From Saccostrea echinata (Eukaryota), in NCBI RefSeq assembly GCF_033153115.1, contig NW_026889777.1:3782001-3846000 (forward strand): 64,000 nt of DNA. The letters run 5' to 3'. Below are positions 51,156 through 63,752 of the stretch, in pieces. The notes under the pieces were generated by a model. The model saw only the letters and a program-made list of their open reading frames with translations, was not told where the DNA came from and searched no databases. A program made the translations under genes and the position numbers. The number at the start of each line of letters is the position of its first letter. Position 1 is the first letter of the stretch.

Positions 51156-51884
51156 TAAATTGTATTATAAACAAAAAATGACAATGGAACCACCCCATCC
51201 CCTTCTCCTACCCCTTCTTAAAAACCAACCACTCAGTGATACAATGGTATTGAAGAGTTATACCATATATACGAAGTAAGGCGACTTGTCTTGTCTAGTT
51301 TGGTCCCTGCCCCCCCCCCCCCCCCCCCCCCCGAGACCTTAGGGATGGGGCTAAAACCATCAACATTAGTGCTTTCTTTAAAACTCTTTTTTACTCCTGG
51401 AAATCAAGCACTCAAACTGTTGGCCTGATTGTAATAAGCATTGAGCCCTCTATAAATTCTTTAAAAATCGTCCTCTCTCCCCCTGTATATTTAGCAGATA
51501 AATCAGATGCATGGTTATGATTAGCAAGGATGCCTCTTTAAAATTTGTGAAATTTGTAGCCAGAGTGTCAGGGACCCTGGTTTTAGGGTGGGCTCTAATG
51601 ATTATATAGTGAAAATGCATAAATTCTTTAAAGTATCTTCTCCCCCCCCCCCCCCCGGCCATCCCCCTTGTATATATGCAGATAAACTGGATGCATCGTT
51701 ATCTTTCTTTGCATCATAAAATTGCTTAAATTACTTCTCGCTTAAATCAAATACTGATTTTTAAGGACAAGTCGCTAAATTTGCGTCTCGCTAAAAATTC
51801 TACTTATACGGTATAAGAAAGAAAAGAAAAATGTTCCATTCAAATGAAGAATTTTACCACTTTAGTGCTCACCATTGTTTTTAG

Positions 51885-52084
51885 GTCACTCAAGACGTTC
51901 GAAAGCGATCACATGGACGAAAGCATGTTTGCCTGGGTAGTGAAAGGAACATACAATCAAACAAGGGGTAAGGCTAGGAAGAACGATTTTGAAGACGCAG
52001 ACTGCACAAAGAAATGTAGGGATGGATGGTGGGACAATTGGTGCACCTCAACTAACCCTGCAGTGTGCTCCAAAAAGATTACAT
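51885..52084 (+). CDS. Multi-CTLD receptor exon: CTLD 2, C-terminal half (divergent)
   Basis: FAWVVKG...DCTKKCRDGWWDNWCTSTNPAVCSKK; ttttag| and |gtatgt; phases 2/1. Confidence 0.75.
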
Positions 52085-52182
52085 GTATGTGAATACAATT
52101 CATTTTTCATTTCTGCTTTGTCATTACATTTTTGAAGATTTTATTTATTTACGTTTGTTCCTCTCTATTCATTTTGTCATAG

Positions 52183-52336
52183 CAGACAGATGTGTTGAAT
52201 CAACTAAAAATACCAGTTCTGACGTGTGCATTTGGACAACAACAAAAGCTTTTACCTTCCATGAAGCACAAGAAATATGTCTATCACATAATGGGACCTT
52301 CGCTGATTCTAGTACCTTGAATTTAGTGTTCAACTT
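52183..52336 (+). CDS. Multi-CTLD receptor exon: CTLD 3, N-terminal half
   Basis: DRCVES...VCIWTTTKAFTFHEAQEICLSHNGTFAD; NAGNAG acceptor (52183/52186); |gtaagt donor. Confidence 0.8.
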
Positions 52337-52979
52337 GTAAGTATACAAGAGTCGGTAAAATTAAAAAACCAAAACTATTTCAAACTGAAATATGTATTTA
52401 TCCTCTTTCGGCTTCAGAGGTTCCTTTTTTTCTACATCCAGATATTCCAGAGGCCTTTTCATTGGGACATGTTAGGGATCCAGGTCATCTGGAAACCTGT
52501 GAAATGATGTTGATATTGCATCCAGTTATAAAAACGTTGGGCTTTGATTCATTTGAACAGTGTGATCTTTTTAGCTATTAGGCCATCTTAAAAATGTCTT
52601 TTGCCCTCTCCCGACCGACTGACTAAAATTGTTGAAATCAATACCTGGAAATGATTTATTTTAATCATCCCGTCAAAAACTTTTTAAATTTTATTTATAA
52701 ATTCAATTCATTCAGTCGGTCAGGAAAGGGTAAGCGAACATTTTTTTTAAAGATTGCCTTATCGGCAAAATTTTTCTTATGGATATAATCTATGACTTTA
52801 TTCCAATTCAAAATTCCAACAATGTTTATTTAAAAAAACATTTTTACTGGGTCAATCTAAGGTTGACTTATCTCTTAGTGTATTGATAATACAGTTTACC
52901 TTAGTGAAAATTGATTATCCATAGCCATTAAGCAAGTAAACTTCATGCATGACGGCATAAAAATTTTGGGAAAAAAGGG

Positions 52980-53308
52980 GGGATTGTTTGATTGATTGTA
53001 TGTTGTTTAATGTCCCATTCGAGAATTTTTCACTCGTATAGAGACATCACCGTATGCTGGTGTAGGGCTACAAATTTAGACGTATACTCGGCACTTAGGG
53101 CCATTGAGCAGTGAGGGTTCTTTATCATGCCAACGCCTAACGTTACAGGTGCTTTTTAAAGTATCATCTGAAAGACCCGTAACTTTCACTTCTAGTGCAA
53201 AGGCGCTTGGCAAAGGAACAGTCACTACCTATGTTAACGTCAACGAGAATCGAACACGGGCCTCCTGATCACGAAGCGAGCGCCATACCACTAGGCTACC
53301 GTGACCGA
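52980..53308 (-). mobile_element. tRNA-SINE, second subfamily
   Basis: (ATTG)n tail and core shared with the other copies. Confidence 0.8.
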
Positions 53309-55184
53309 TTTAAAAAAAAAGGAAAGATTGTGTACGTAAATTTAAAAATCCCAGTCATACTCGTACATTTAAAAATGATAGAATATTACCTTGTGTGCTC
53401 TGTGATAAAGAGTTGAAGATATTAGCCATGCACATCCAAATCTTTTATTCAATTACTGAGATCCAACTGGAAATTATTTCAATAATACGAACATTTTTAA
53501 ACACGTACAACACTTTATTTCTGCTTCTAAAAGATTTGTAACTTAAATCTTACTTGTGGCCGTATTGTTGAATTGTTAAATTTGGATTGTATGACTGTTT
53601 ATTCCTAATACAAATGAAATTGATATATTGGAAAAAGGGTTCCATACTGAAGATCTATTGTCGCTTTTTCACAAATGTTCACCCAACCGAAAATGTCCAC
53701 TAGTGCAAATGTACTATATTTATTGTTGAAAGTTAATATAAGGACACGGGTTAATATAAGTTGTACCAACTTGTTTCCGAATCCTGTATGTAGTACACGA
53801 AATATTGAGATAACGAACAGTATTCAAGTTTAAAGTCCATTTAAACAATACAAATTGGGAGCAAACACGGACCTCCAAAAACATAAGATTCGGGATCAGG
53901 TGCCATGGAGGAGTGAGCATTCTTACCGACCGGTCGCACCTGCCGTGTGCTCCTAGTCATGATCGGGAAAAAGTTTAAACTAATTCAGTTACTGTCAGAA
54001 TAATTTACCTCTGTTTACCTCTGTGTGGAATCCATTTAGATAATTAAATTACATTTATTTCATTTATTGTTTAAATTTCATCAACTCCTGAAAATATACG
54101 AGGGTTGTCCCAAAAAGTCGTAGACAGGGTAATCAATCTAGCTTCTCTATGCTAACAGAAGTTTCCTTTCTTGTCATAGTAAAAAGCAACATTTAATGAT
54201 TATAAATTTCAAGTTTTGTAGTAATGATACATTTAATAAGGAAATAGTATTAAAATAAAGATAGCATATAAGTGTACACCGGCGCACGAAAGCAAACGTA
54301 ATTTATGGCTCTTATAACGTAGTGCACAATCTTTTTTTAAAATACCCGCCCTTTGTGCGCAACACGTATCATGGGATTTCTTTGATTTTGATTTCTGGCA
54401 AACCTATTTTAATTCGGGGCCGCATTAAAATTTACCACTGTCATTCTTGCTCTTGATCAAATTCAAAGTTCAGTACATGCAAGGTCGCGTTACATATTGT
54501 AAGAACAGAAAGTCCTCAAAGTTTAACGTCGATTATGATCCGTAACGTTCCTCACCATCTGAATATGACAATTATTACTCTGCTTCTTAGGCTTGCCTTT
54601 TTTCGGTGCTGAGGTGAAACTGTCATTAAATCTCTAATAAATCTCTAATACCATTTATAAACTACTTCCCTGCGCATGTTTAAGTGTGCTATATATTTTT
54701 TTTTGTCTCTGAGGGGTTCAAACCATATTCAAACAATATTTTTATGAGATCCCTCTGCGCCGGGAATTTGTTTGACGACGTTTTTTGCAGCAAACTCAAT
54801 TCAGAGTAAGCTTTGAAAATTACGTCACCACTCCTTTGTCTCAAAAATCATTTACTTGAAAATTTTACATGTTACGCAAATTTCTTTTGTAATTTAAATG
54901 ATATTAAGTATTTTATACTTAACAAATTTTAAAATATTAAGTATTTTATACTTAACAAATTTTTAGGGAAGCAAATGCTATTGTAAAATCATCTCAGATT
55001 TTATTCGTGCGCCGACAGACCATATCGACCTTCCCATAAATTGTTATTTATTATATTACTACTATAGGAGTTTTACGAAGAGGCTTTCTTCTTTACAATC
55101 AACGGCTGACTTTTACAATTTAAAGGGATCAACTCCAAACATGAAAAAGGTGATTAGTAATTGTATGTTACTGTACGTGTACAT

Positions 55185-55466
55185 GTCGCCCGCGTGGCGC
55201 AGTGGTTAGAGTCGCGAAGTAAGGAGCCGATCCTTACATTGCGGGTTCGAATCCCACTGTGGGACGTGGAGACCGGTCCTTCGGATGAGACCGTATAAAC
55301 CGAGGTCCCGTGTCGCAGTGGGTGCTGGCACGAAAAAGATCCCTCACTGCTCAATGGCCGTAAGTGCCGAGTATAGGACAAAATTTGCAGCTTTCCACCG
55401 GCAAGTGGTGGTGTCTCCATATGAGTGAAAAATTCTCGAGAGGGACGTTAAACAAAATACAATCAA
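55185..55466 (+). mobile_element. Full-length Deu/Nin-domain tRNA-SINE
   Basis: A box TGGCGCAGTGG; B box GGTTCGAATCC; 13-bp TSD TGT(AC G/CC T)TGTACAT with 2 mismatches. Confidence 0.88.
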
Positions 55467-55825
55467 TGTCCTTGTACATAAATTGGCGTATTCAAAATTT
55501 AGCGCAATCACTGGGTATAGAGTTGTTGGCGTATTCATGAATTAACGCTACACACTAACGCACTCTATATTATATTAATAAATGATTTCTTAGCGGTATT
55601 CATGAATTAGTGCATTGTTGCCCGCGCCATAGCCGCTAAAATATGAAGCCCGCTTTTGTATGTACACATACAGTGTTTTACGTCCCATTCGAGAATTTTT
55701 CAGTCATATAGACTCACCATATACCGGTGAAGGGCTTCAAATTTAGACCTTTACTCGGCACTCGGGGTCATTGAGCAATGAGGGTTCTTTATCGTGCCAA
55801 CGCCTACCGTGACACGGGGCCTCGG

Positions 55826-55863
<38 letters not shown>

Positions 55864-56678
55864 CCTGATCAAAGAGTATCCGTCTGTCGTCTGTAGTCCG
55901 TAAACTTTTCACATTTTCGACTTCTTCTCAAGAACCAGTGGGCCAATTTCAACCAAACTTGCCACAAAGCATCCTTGGGTAAAGGGAATTAAAGTATGTT
56001 CACAGAAAGTGCCGCGCCCTCTTTCAAGGGGAGATAATTAAGAATTCGTGAAAATTTGGTGGCATCTTTTAAAAATCTTCTTCTCAAGAACCACTGGGCA
56101 AGAAAAAATGAAACTTATGTGAAAGCTTCATTACATACTGTAGATTCAAGTTTGTTCATATCATGACTCCCGGGGGTAGGGCACGGCCACAAGAGGGGGT
56201 CAAAGTTTTACATAGGAATATATAGGAAATGTCTTTAAAAATCTTCTTCTTCAGAACAGCAAAGCCATGATTAGTCATATTATAATAGAAGTATCCTCAG
56301 GTAGTGAAGATTCAAGTTTGTTCCAATCATGACCCCTGGGGGTAGGGCAGGGCCACAACAGCGGGTTAAAGTTTTACATGGTTTTATATATGTGTTAAGG
56401 GGCATTTGAGTAAAACGCACTGAAGACTTCAAATAATGGAATGACCTGACAACCCTTGGAATGGACTAGTCATACTAAAGGGTATATAAGGCAAAGCTTT
56501 GGGAAAGTCAGGCATTCAGAGGTAGCTGAAGAAGTTGGATGCTGATTCAACAATAAAGAAGTTAAGGTATTCCATCCCTAATAGCAACAGATTCAATAAA
56601 ATTGAATAAATAACAGATGTGTAGGTGTTTAATACTCAGTATATTTAGACATAATTCCCATTGATTACTATTAGCATG

Positions 56679-58377
56679 CAGAGTGTCCCAAAATATATGA
56701 TACCATTTGAAATACCTGCCACAAACACATCCCTTGGCCAATTTCTTTGATATATGTCTCTAAAAATATTTGAATAAGTACAATTCCTTAGCAGCAAAAT
56801 ATTCCAAAAAAATTATCTCAATTATGAAATTGCAACATATCAAATTTACATCAAACTTTTGCAAAAAAAATACAATTTCAACCAAAATGGATTACCAAAA
56901 GAGCTAGCCACCCTCATTTTGAAAGTGTAATTATCAATCTTAGTCTTAGGTTACTGCTGCATAACCCAAACCAGAATCCTTGATATATATAAAAGGTTTA
57001 CCTCTGATGAAAATCCAAAAGTTACTACCGGGACAGGCACTGTTGTCTCAAGTTAGGGAACTTTGTGCAATGTCTAGATATTATCATTACATGGATAGAA
57101 CATCATTTAGAAGGCATCCTTAAAAAACCATAGCATTTTGCAAAGTGAACTCGTTTTGTTGTTTTCTTTTTAATGACTGTCAAATTACGAGGGCTGTTCG
57201 AAAATTATTGAGACAATTACTTCTACTCCACAAAGGACAGAGATAAATTCATGAACATTCGTCAACATTTTATAAAGAACAAATAAAAGAATTGTGCAAA
57301 ATTTCTAATTCATAGGATAATTAAATAAGTTCCAGTGAAATTATAAACAAGCATATATCTATTGACCTGGAACAGCATCGTTACGTCATTTTAACGTCAA
57401 GTCAGCCGATATTTTCTCATAGTGAAATGATCGGGAAGCGTTCAATCTACTTCCTCTGTCATTACATATAACATTCCAAAATTCAAACTGTCTCTTATAA
57501 CACTTAAACGATTCTTCAAAATTCTTTAAAAAGAATTAAAATAAAACGTGTGCTGTTGCTATCCCAGTGTAAAATATACACGAAGTGTCATATACAGGTT
57601 GACTTAGTATCATGCAGTATCGAGTTGTGCAACGCGGGTCAACGTTGTTTAGTCCGTAATAATTGATGGTCGTCCGGAGCTTTTGTTTTTACTCTGGTTA
57701 AATTATTTGTAAGGAAATACCAATGAAAAAAATAAACCCTTAGACATGTTTTATTGCATTGTTATTGTTTTAGCAGGTCGTTTAGTCTGGACAAGAGTTC
57801 TCAATACCGCTACACAAAATTTTAGATATGCTCGCTGCTCCGCCTTGATGTCAAAATCCGTTTTGTCGTCGTTATCAGATTGCTATACCGCGCTTAAATT
57901 TTTTAATGATCTTCTTATTTCTGATCGAAATTCTAGCAAACTTGCACGAAATGAATTCCAAGTTAAATTGAAAAATTATATACATAATTTGAATTATTTT
58001 CTCTCTTACAATGGGTCCACTGGGAGTTTTAACGTTGGTTTTACATATTTTCAATATCTGATTTCGTGACTGCGCCGGGTACCTTTACCATTGACACATT
58101 TATATACCATTGAAAAGAAGAAATAAAATATTTTTAAAATAGTTCTTGCTTTTATTAATTCTTAGTGTTTGTCAAACGTACATGCAAATTTTCACCGAAA
58201 AACGTACATTAGAAAGAAGAATATACACAATGTCTCAATAATTTCCAAACAGCCCTCGTATGTGAATAAAATTGGACAGTATATGCAATGTTTAAAATGC
58301 ATTTGTTGCAATCCAATATTCATTAAATTAGGTTTTACGGAATCTTGAAATGGTATCATATATTCTGAGACACCCTG
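56679..58377 (-). mobile_element. Tc1/mariner MITE family A, copy 2 (interrupted)
   Basis: Reverse complement of 37363-38043 once 57188-58258 is removed. Confidence 0.85.
57188..58258. mobile_element. Mariner-like MITE B, innermost layer
   Basis: CGAGGGCTGTT(C/T)G(A/G)AAATTATTGAGACA TIR; TA TSD. Confidence 0.88.
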
Positions 58378-59009
58378 CATGTAAGGGTGGGATGTGTCCT
58401 AATTTATGACCTTGAATTTTGGTAAGGGTTATCTCCCTCTGTTTTTAATTAATAAAAAAATCAATTCAAAAAAAATTATCTAGTAAAAAAAAAAGGTCGT
58501 TTTCAATTGTCCTTTTATTTCTAATGTTTTAATGTATCTTTCCACCACAGTATTTATTGATATTCTTATTATTTGAATTTTTTTAATTTAAAAATAAATC
58601 GCTTGTCCTCATAGACTTAAATGCATTTTTTGTTAATCGACACTGCTTAGTTAACATTTTTGAAACTTTCTCTTGCTAAATCCTTTTCTACTGTGAAATG
58701 CTTGTACATAGGAAATATCTTTTAAATCTTCTTCTCTAGAACAAATAAGCCATAACTAGTTATATTTATACAGAAGCAACCTTAGGTGTTGTAGAATCAA
58801 GATTGTTCAAATCATGGGGGCACAACAGAGGGTCAATTAAGTTTTGCATAAGAAAAAAATATAGGAATCATCTTGAACAAATCTTCTGCTCAAGAACAGC
58901 AAAACCATGATTAGTATTATTATTGTAGAAGCATCCTCAGGTAGTGTAGATTCAAATTTAGGGTGGGTAGAGTAGGGTCACAATGAGATTTACATAGGAA
59001 AACATAGGA

Positions 59010-59347
59010 ATGATTGATTGTATGTTGTTTTATGTCCTGTTCGAAGTTTTCACTCATATAGAGGCTTTACCATATACCGGTGAAGGGCTTCAAATTTAAA
59101 CCTTTACTCGGCACTGAGGGCCATTGAGCAGTGAGGGATCTTTATCATGCCAACGCCTGCCGTGACATGGGGCCTCAATTATTAAGGTCTCATCCAAAGG
59201 ATCCGCAACTATCACTTCAAAGTGTCGAGTGCTTCGCAAAGGAACAGTTGCTACCTATTTTTATCGACGTAGGTCAGTCGCAGCCGGGGCTCGAACCCAT
59301 GACCTTCCAATCACGGAGCGAGAGCAGAATGAGCTACCGTGACGGTG
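59010..59347 (-). mobile_element. tRNA-SINE, second subfamily, inserted in the Helentron satellite
   Basis: Core shared with the other copies; flanked by a GGAAAACATAGGAA duplication. Confidence 0.8.
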
Positions 59348-59510
59348 GAAAACATAGGAAAAACATCTTCATAACTCTTCTGTTTAAGAACAGCAAAGCC
59401 ATGATAAGTAATATTGATATGGAAGCATCCTGAGGTAGTGTAAATTAAAGTTTGTCCCGCCCTCCCCCGTTCAATACTGAACTGATTTCTGCTTCTTCCT
59501 AGCCAATGAG

Positions 59511-59546
<36 letters not shown>

Positions 59547-60049
59547 AGGTTTCATCCGAAGGACCCGCAACTTTCACTTCAAAGTGCCGAGCGCTTGACG
59601 AGGTAACAGTTGCTACCTAGTTTTTATCGACTTAAGTCAGTCGCAGCCGTGATTCGGACACACGACCTTCCGATCACGGAGCTAGCGCTCTACCGAGGTA
59701 CCGTGAAGGTTTAACGAGAACAAACGCTAATCACGTTTTGAAGTTGACACCTATTGCACCTTTTTCATGTTTGGAGTTGGTCCCTTAAAGTGTTATAGTC
59801 AGCCGTCGATTGTAAAAGTAAGCCCCTTCGTAAAACTCCATAAAAGATATTTCTTTATAAATTCCCCTTTTTAGGGACATTATTAAATGATAATCATGCA
59901 AAATTTAGTTAGTATTGTTCGATTGTTTACAAAGTTATAAACATTGTCTACCACCTTTTGGGATAATCCTCGTACATTTAGTAAAGCATAAGATGTGCAC
60001 GCAAGTAAGTTAAAGGTATTAAAATGTTTTAATGTTTAATACTATTCAG

Positions 60050-60279
60050 GACAGTCCAGAATGGTTCAAAAGTTTGGATTGGAGTACATGATTTATATTT
60101 GGAGGGATATCTCATGAATATGGTGAATGGATCAGTGTGTTTGGGGACGGATTGGCAGGAAGCGCTCCTTGAGAACAACGACACTACTAACTGTATGTCA
60201 ATGGATACACAAGACGGGACAGTGAGGATGGAAGCATGCAACATTTCATTGCCCATTGTCTGTTCTTCTAGCCCAGGAG
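60050..60279 (+). CDS. Multi-CTLD receptor exon: CTLD 3, C-terminal half
   Basis: KVWIGVHDLYLEG...NCMSMD...MEACNISLPIVCSS; ttcag| and |gtaact; phases 2/1. Confidence 0.82.
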
Positions 60280-61256
60280 GTAACTTTTGCAAAATACAGC
60301 GTACTATTCTATGATTGAATAATTCCTATCGCTCTGATTAATTGGCTGAGATCCAAAACAAAAGAAGTTAAGAGAATTCTTGTTTCCTGGGGGCTAATCA
60401 AAGATTTTTTCAGCTATCATTTTCCCCCAATAATACCCCCCCTTTCAAAATCGATCCTATAAAAGAGCCTGGCAATATTTTTTCATAGCAACTAAAGTAG
60501 ATTTTTAAAATTCCAAATTAATACGACTTGTAATGTTTATTTAACGCTGCTTCTTTCATTGTTGCGTTTGGCTTGGACGTAAGCAAATGTAACCAAGTAA
60601 GATGGCATGAACTGCTTAATTAATGAGTGTGTGTATCATTTTACCATTGAATCATACAATAAAACAATTATCGCTATTTCTTCAGTCAATACGATGGCTT
60701 AGGCACCTTCGAGCTCGGTGAATGTTGTACTCCTCAGGTGGCTAAATCATCGTATTGACCTCAAAAACAGTAATAATTGTATAATATTTTGTGCAAGAAA
60801 CTACCGATAGTAAAACAACCACGCATAGCCCACCCACACACACCCCAACCCTGACCCCCTTCTTACAGGTACAACTTACATACATTGTATATAAAATCTT
60901 TGCTGGCGTCACAGGTGCTAAGATTTACTAATTCCTTGATATACATTTCGAAATCTTCTAGAAATTCTGATCATCAACTTTTTTAAGACGCGAAAGAGAA
61001 CTCACAAACCTTTCAATGAGATAACTATATTCAAACTAATATTTCTTGTTAATATTTTATGTAACATGACTTCATAAAATATACGTTGATATTACTGTAT
61101 TATTCAAAATAATTGAAAATTTACATTGAAGTAACTCTATTGTTCAAATTAATTAACAATAAAAAAAGAGATCAATTGCTATATTCTATGTGGCAGAAAA
61201 CAAATCAAATACGTTTTCAATTCTCTGTCTATGAATGATTTAAAACAAATCTTCAG

Positions 61257-62075
61257 ATCTTAAAAAAAAAAGCATCAGCATGAAGGACAATTTGAATGTG
61301 CCTATAAGAAGAGATTTTTATTTCAAACAAATCGAAGATTTTCAAAATTTTGTAGAGCGTCAGGTTGCTTTTTCAAAAAATGTATCCCAAGTATGGTGCA
61401 CTAACGGATCTCAAATCATCGAAGTATTTCCCACCAGTTATATACCAAATCCAGTTTTACCAGTAAGTGACCAACGGAACAACATTAGTACCAGAATCAC
61501 AAAGGGATCAACAATAGTATCGTCATATTTATCAACCACAGAAGAATCAACAGTATTGCCATATTTATCAACACCAGAAGGATCAACAGTTTTGCCATAT
61601 TTATCAACCACAGAGGGACCATCAACGGTATTTCCCTATTTATCAACCGGATTAACAGCAGTATTGCCGTATTCATCAACCACAGAAGGATCAACAACAG
61701 TATTGCCATATTTATCAACCACAGAAAAATCAACAACAGTGTCCTCATATTCATTGACCATAGAAGTATCAACAACAGTATTGCCATTACTTCCAGCCAC
61801 AGAGGTATCAACAACAGTGTCACCATATTCATCAACCACACAAGGATCAACAACGGTATTGTCATATTTATCAACCACAGAGGGATCAACACTAGTATCG
61901 CCAAGTTTATCAACACCAGAAGGGTCAACAACTGTTCCGCCATATATATCAACCATGGAAGGATCAACAACTGTTTCGCCATATTTATCAACCACGGAAG
62001 TATCAACAACAGTTTCGCAATATTTATCAACCATAGAACCAGATCCATCAACAACAAATACTTCAATTAGGCTGG
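61257..62075 (+). CDS. Multi-CTLD receptor exon: Ser/Thr-rich mucin-like stalk
   Basis: 819-nt symmetric phase-1 exon; about 14 repeats of a 12-13 aa unit (YLSTTEGSTTVLP). Confidence 0.8.
61500..62040 (+). repeat. Coding minisatellite, 36-39 nt unit
   Basis: TATTTATCAACCACAGAAGGATCAACAACAGTATTGCCA repeated about 14 times. Confidence 0.9.
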
Positions 62076-62912
62076 GTACGTGTACTGTTCTTTAAAATTG
62101 ATTATTATCTTGATATACATGATTTATGGATATTGTTGCAATTAACTATGGACAATCTAACGAATTAAAATTGCTCTAAATGGGATACATTTTACCATGA
62201 CATACATGTTATCAAATTGTTTATATCAAGAAATTTATTTTGACAAATAATATGTACCTACATTTCCTTCATTTCCATTATTCTATCTAACACTATTTAT
62301 TCGCAAGAACTTTATTTTTTGCATAATAACTCGAGACTGCTTGTTCACGAAAATCTCTCTCTGGTTTATCATGTTTATAATTATTTTGTTAAAGACTGTG
62401 TACACCAAACCGAAATTCGTTAAAAAAAAAAAACAAAATAAGAACCTCGCGAAAATAAGGTCTCACGAAAATTTGGTGATCCAAGTACCTATAAAATGTT
62501 AAGCTCCAAATACTGTAGTACTGTCCTGTTTGAAACACATGACCAATTATATGTTTCAAATGCTCATGAGACCTACATTTTACAACTGAAGTAAACCCTT
62601 TTGAGCTCTGTATCTTTAAGCGCATAATGATATTATTCAAACAGTGACAAGGTCCTTAGTTTGTATTTAGACTACATACAGAAATTTTCGCTAACGGAGT
62701 CAGTCTCAAAAAAGAAAAATCTTTTTTTTAATGACCTCAACCTGCGTCAAATATCAGGATATTACTTTATAGCAGTTATTCCCGACTGTAAGCCTCTAGT
62801 AAATCTCTGCATGTAGACGTTTCCATTAATTAAAAGCTTATATACTTGGTCAAGAACAAAAGACAAATAATCGTAAGATAATTCTATAATGACATTAGAA
62901 ATTATTTATCAG

Positions 62913-63134
62913 GTTGTCTTTATGATGACTTAAACTATGATCACAGCACCACGGTGATTGTATCTACCAACGCTAGTACAGTGGGATTTGCTTTCGACAA
63001 TTTCCAAAATTCACTTCCGGTTGGAACAGAAATAAGATTTAGATGTTTAGACAATCACCGTCACAGGGGAGGAGATCTTACCCGATACTGCCGTACCAAC
63101 GGAACATGGAGCGGAGAAAAGCCAGTCTGTGCAA
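62913..63134 (+). CDS. Multi-CTLD receptor exon: CCP/Sushi domain
   Basis: C...VGTEIRFRCLDNHRHRGGDLTRYCRTNGTWSGEKPVC (four Cys, conserved W); phases 1/1. Confidence 0.88.
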
Positions 63135-63752
63135 GTAAGCAAGGAGTCTGTTGTTTCAGATTTCTGATTTTAGTGTCATAAAGTCATAAATATGTTATGT
63201 ATTGAAATGTATGGAGATATCGAACAGTATTCAAGCTCAAAAGTCCATTAACATTACAAAATAGGAGCAGAGCAAACACGGACCTCCAAAACATCAGAGG
63301 TGGAATGAGTTAAGAATCCGCAAAGCATTTGTATATAATCTCAAAATTGGTTCCTTATTGAAGAAATCATTTCAGTTTAGTGATGAAGCGAATATGCATG
63401 TTTACTATTAATTTTACTATTCGATTAGGTTGTTACTACTAGTAAGCTACAGAATAATCTGGAGGTATTTGCTCTATCGGTTTGAAAATGGCAAAACAAT
63501 TTGAAGTGAAAGGGGAATGTTTTTGTTCTTTTTTTTATATACATGTAGACGTAACAACTTTTTAATGACATGAATTAACTTTATATTTTTGTAACCTAAA
63601 GATTGTGTTGATATTAAAAATAAGAAATCTGAAAAGGGAAACGTAATTAATTGGGACTAGAAAGAAACACAACATTAACAGTACATTGTAAAATGTGTAT
63701 GGTAAAAAAAACTGTAAAATATACTAGTAATTATATTTTTACCCATATTTAG

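Larger units (their letters stand above)
55828..59544 (+). mobile_element. Helentron-type non-autonomous element with a satellite core, inserted in a T-run
   Basis: TTTAGCTCACCTGAGCCGAAGGCTCAAGTGAGC 5' end; CTCAGGTGAGCGATGTGGCCCATGGGCCTCTTG 3' end. Confidence 0.85.
55676..59710 (-). mobile_element. tRNA-SINE split in two by a Helentron
   Basis: ...GGCCTCGGTT | TTAAGGTTTCATCCGAAGG... rejoin into the intact sequence seen at about 41150-41180. Confidence 0.82.
55067..59839. mobile_element. Long-TIR MITE D
   Basis: ~85-bp TIR GGAGTTTTACGAAG...CAACTCCAAACATGAAAAAGGTG; flanked by ATA on both sides. Confidence 0.78.
54099..59972. mobile_element. Mariner-like MITE C, outermost layer of a six-level nest
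   Basis: CGAGG(G/A)TT(G/A)TCCCAAAA(A/G)GT(C/G)GTAGACA TIR; TA TSD. Confidence 0.78.

Noticed and set aside
61497-62066. Two long minus-strand ORFs (189 and 132 aa)
   Set aside because: Antisense shadows of the + strand mucin minisatellite exon
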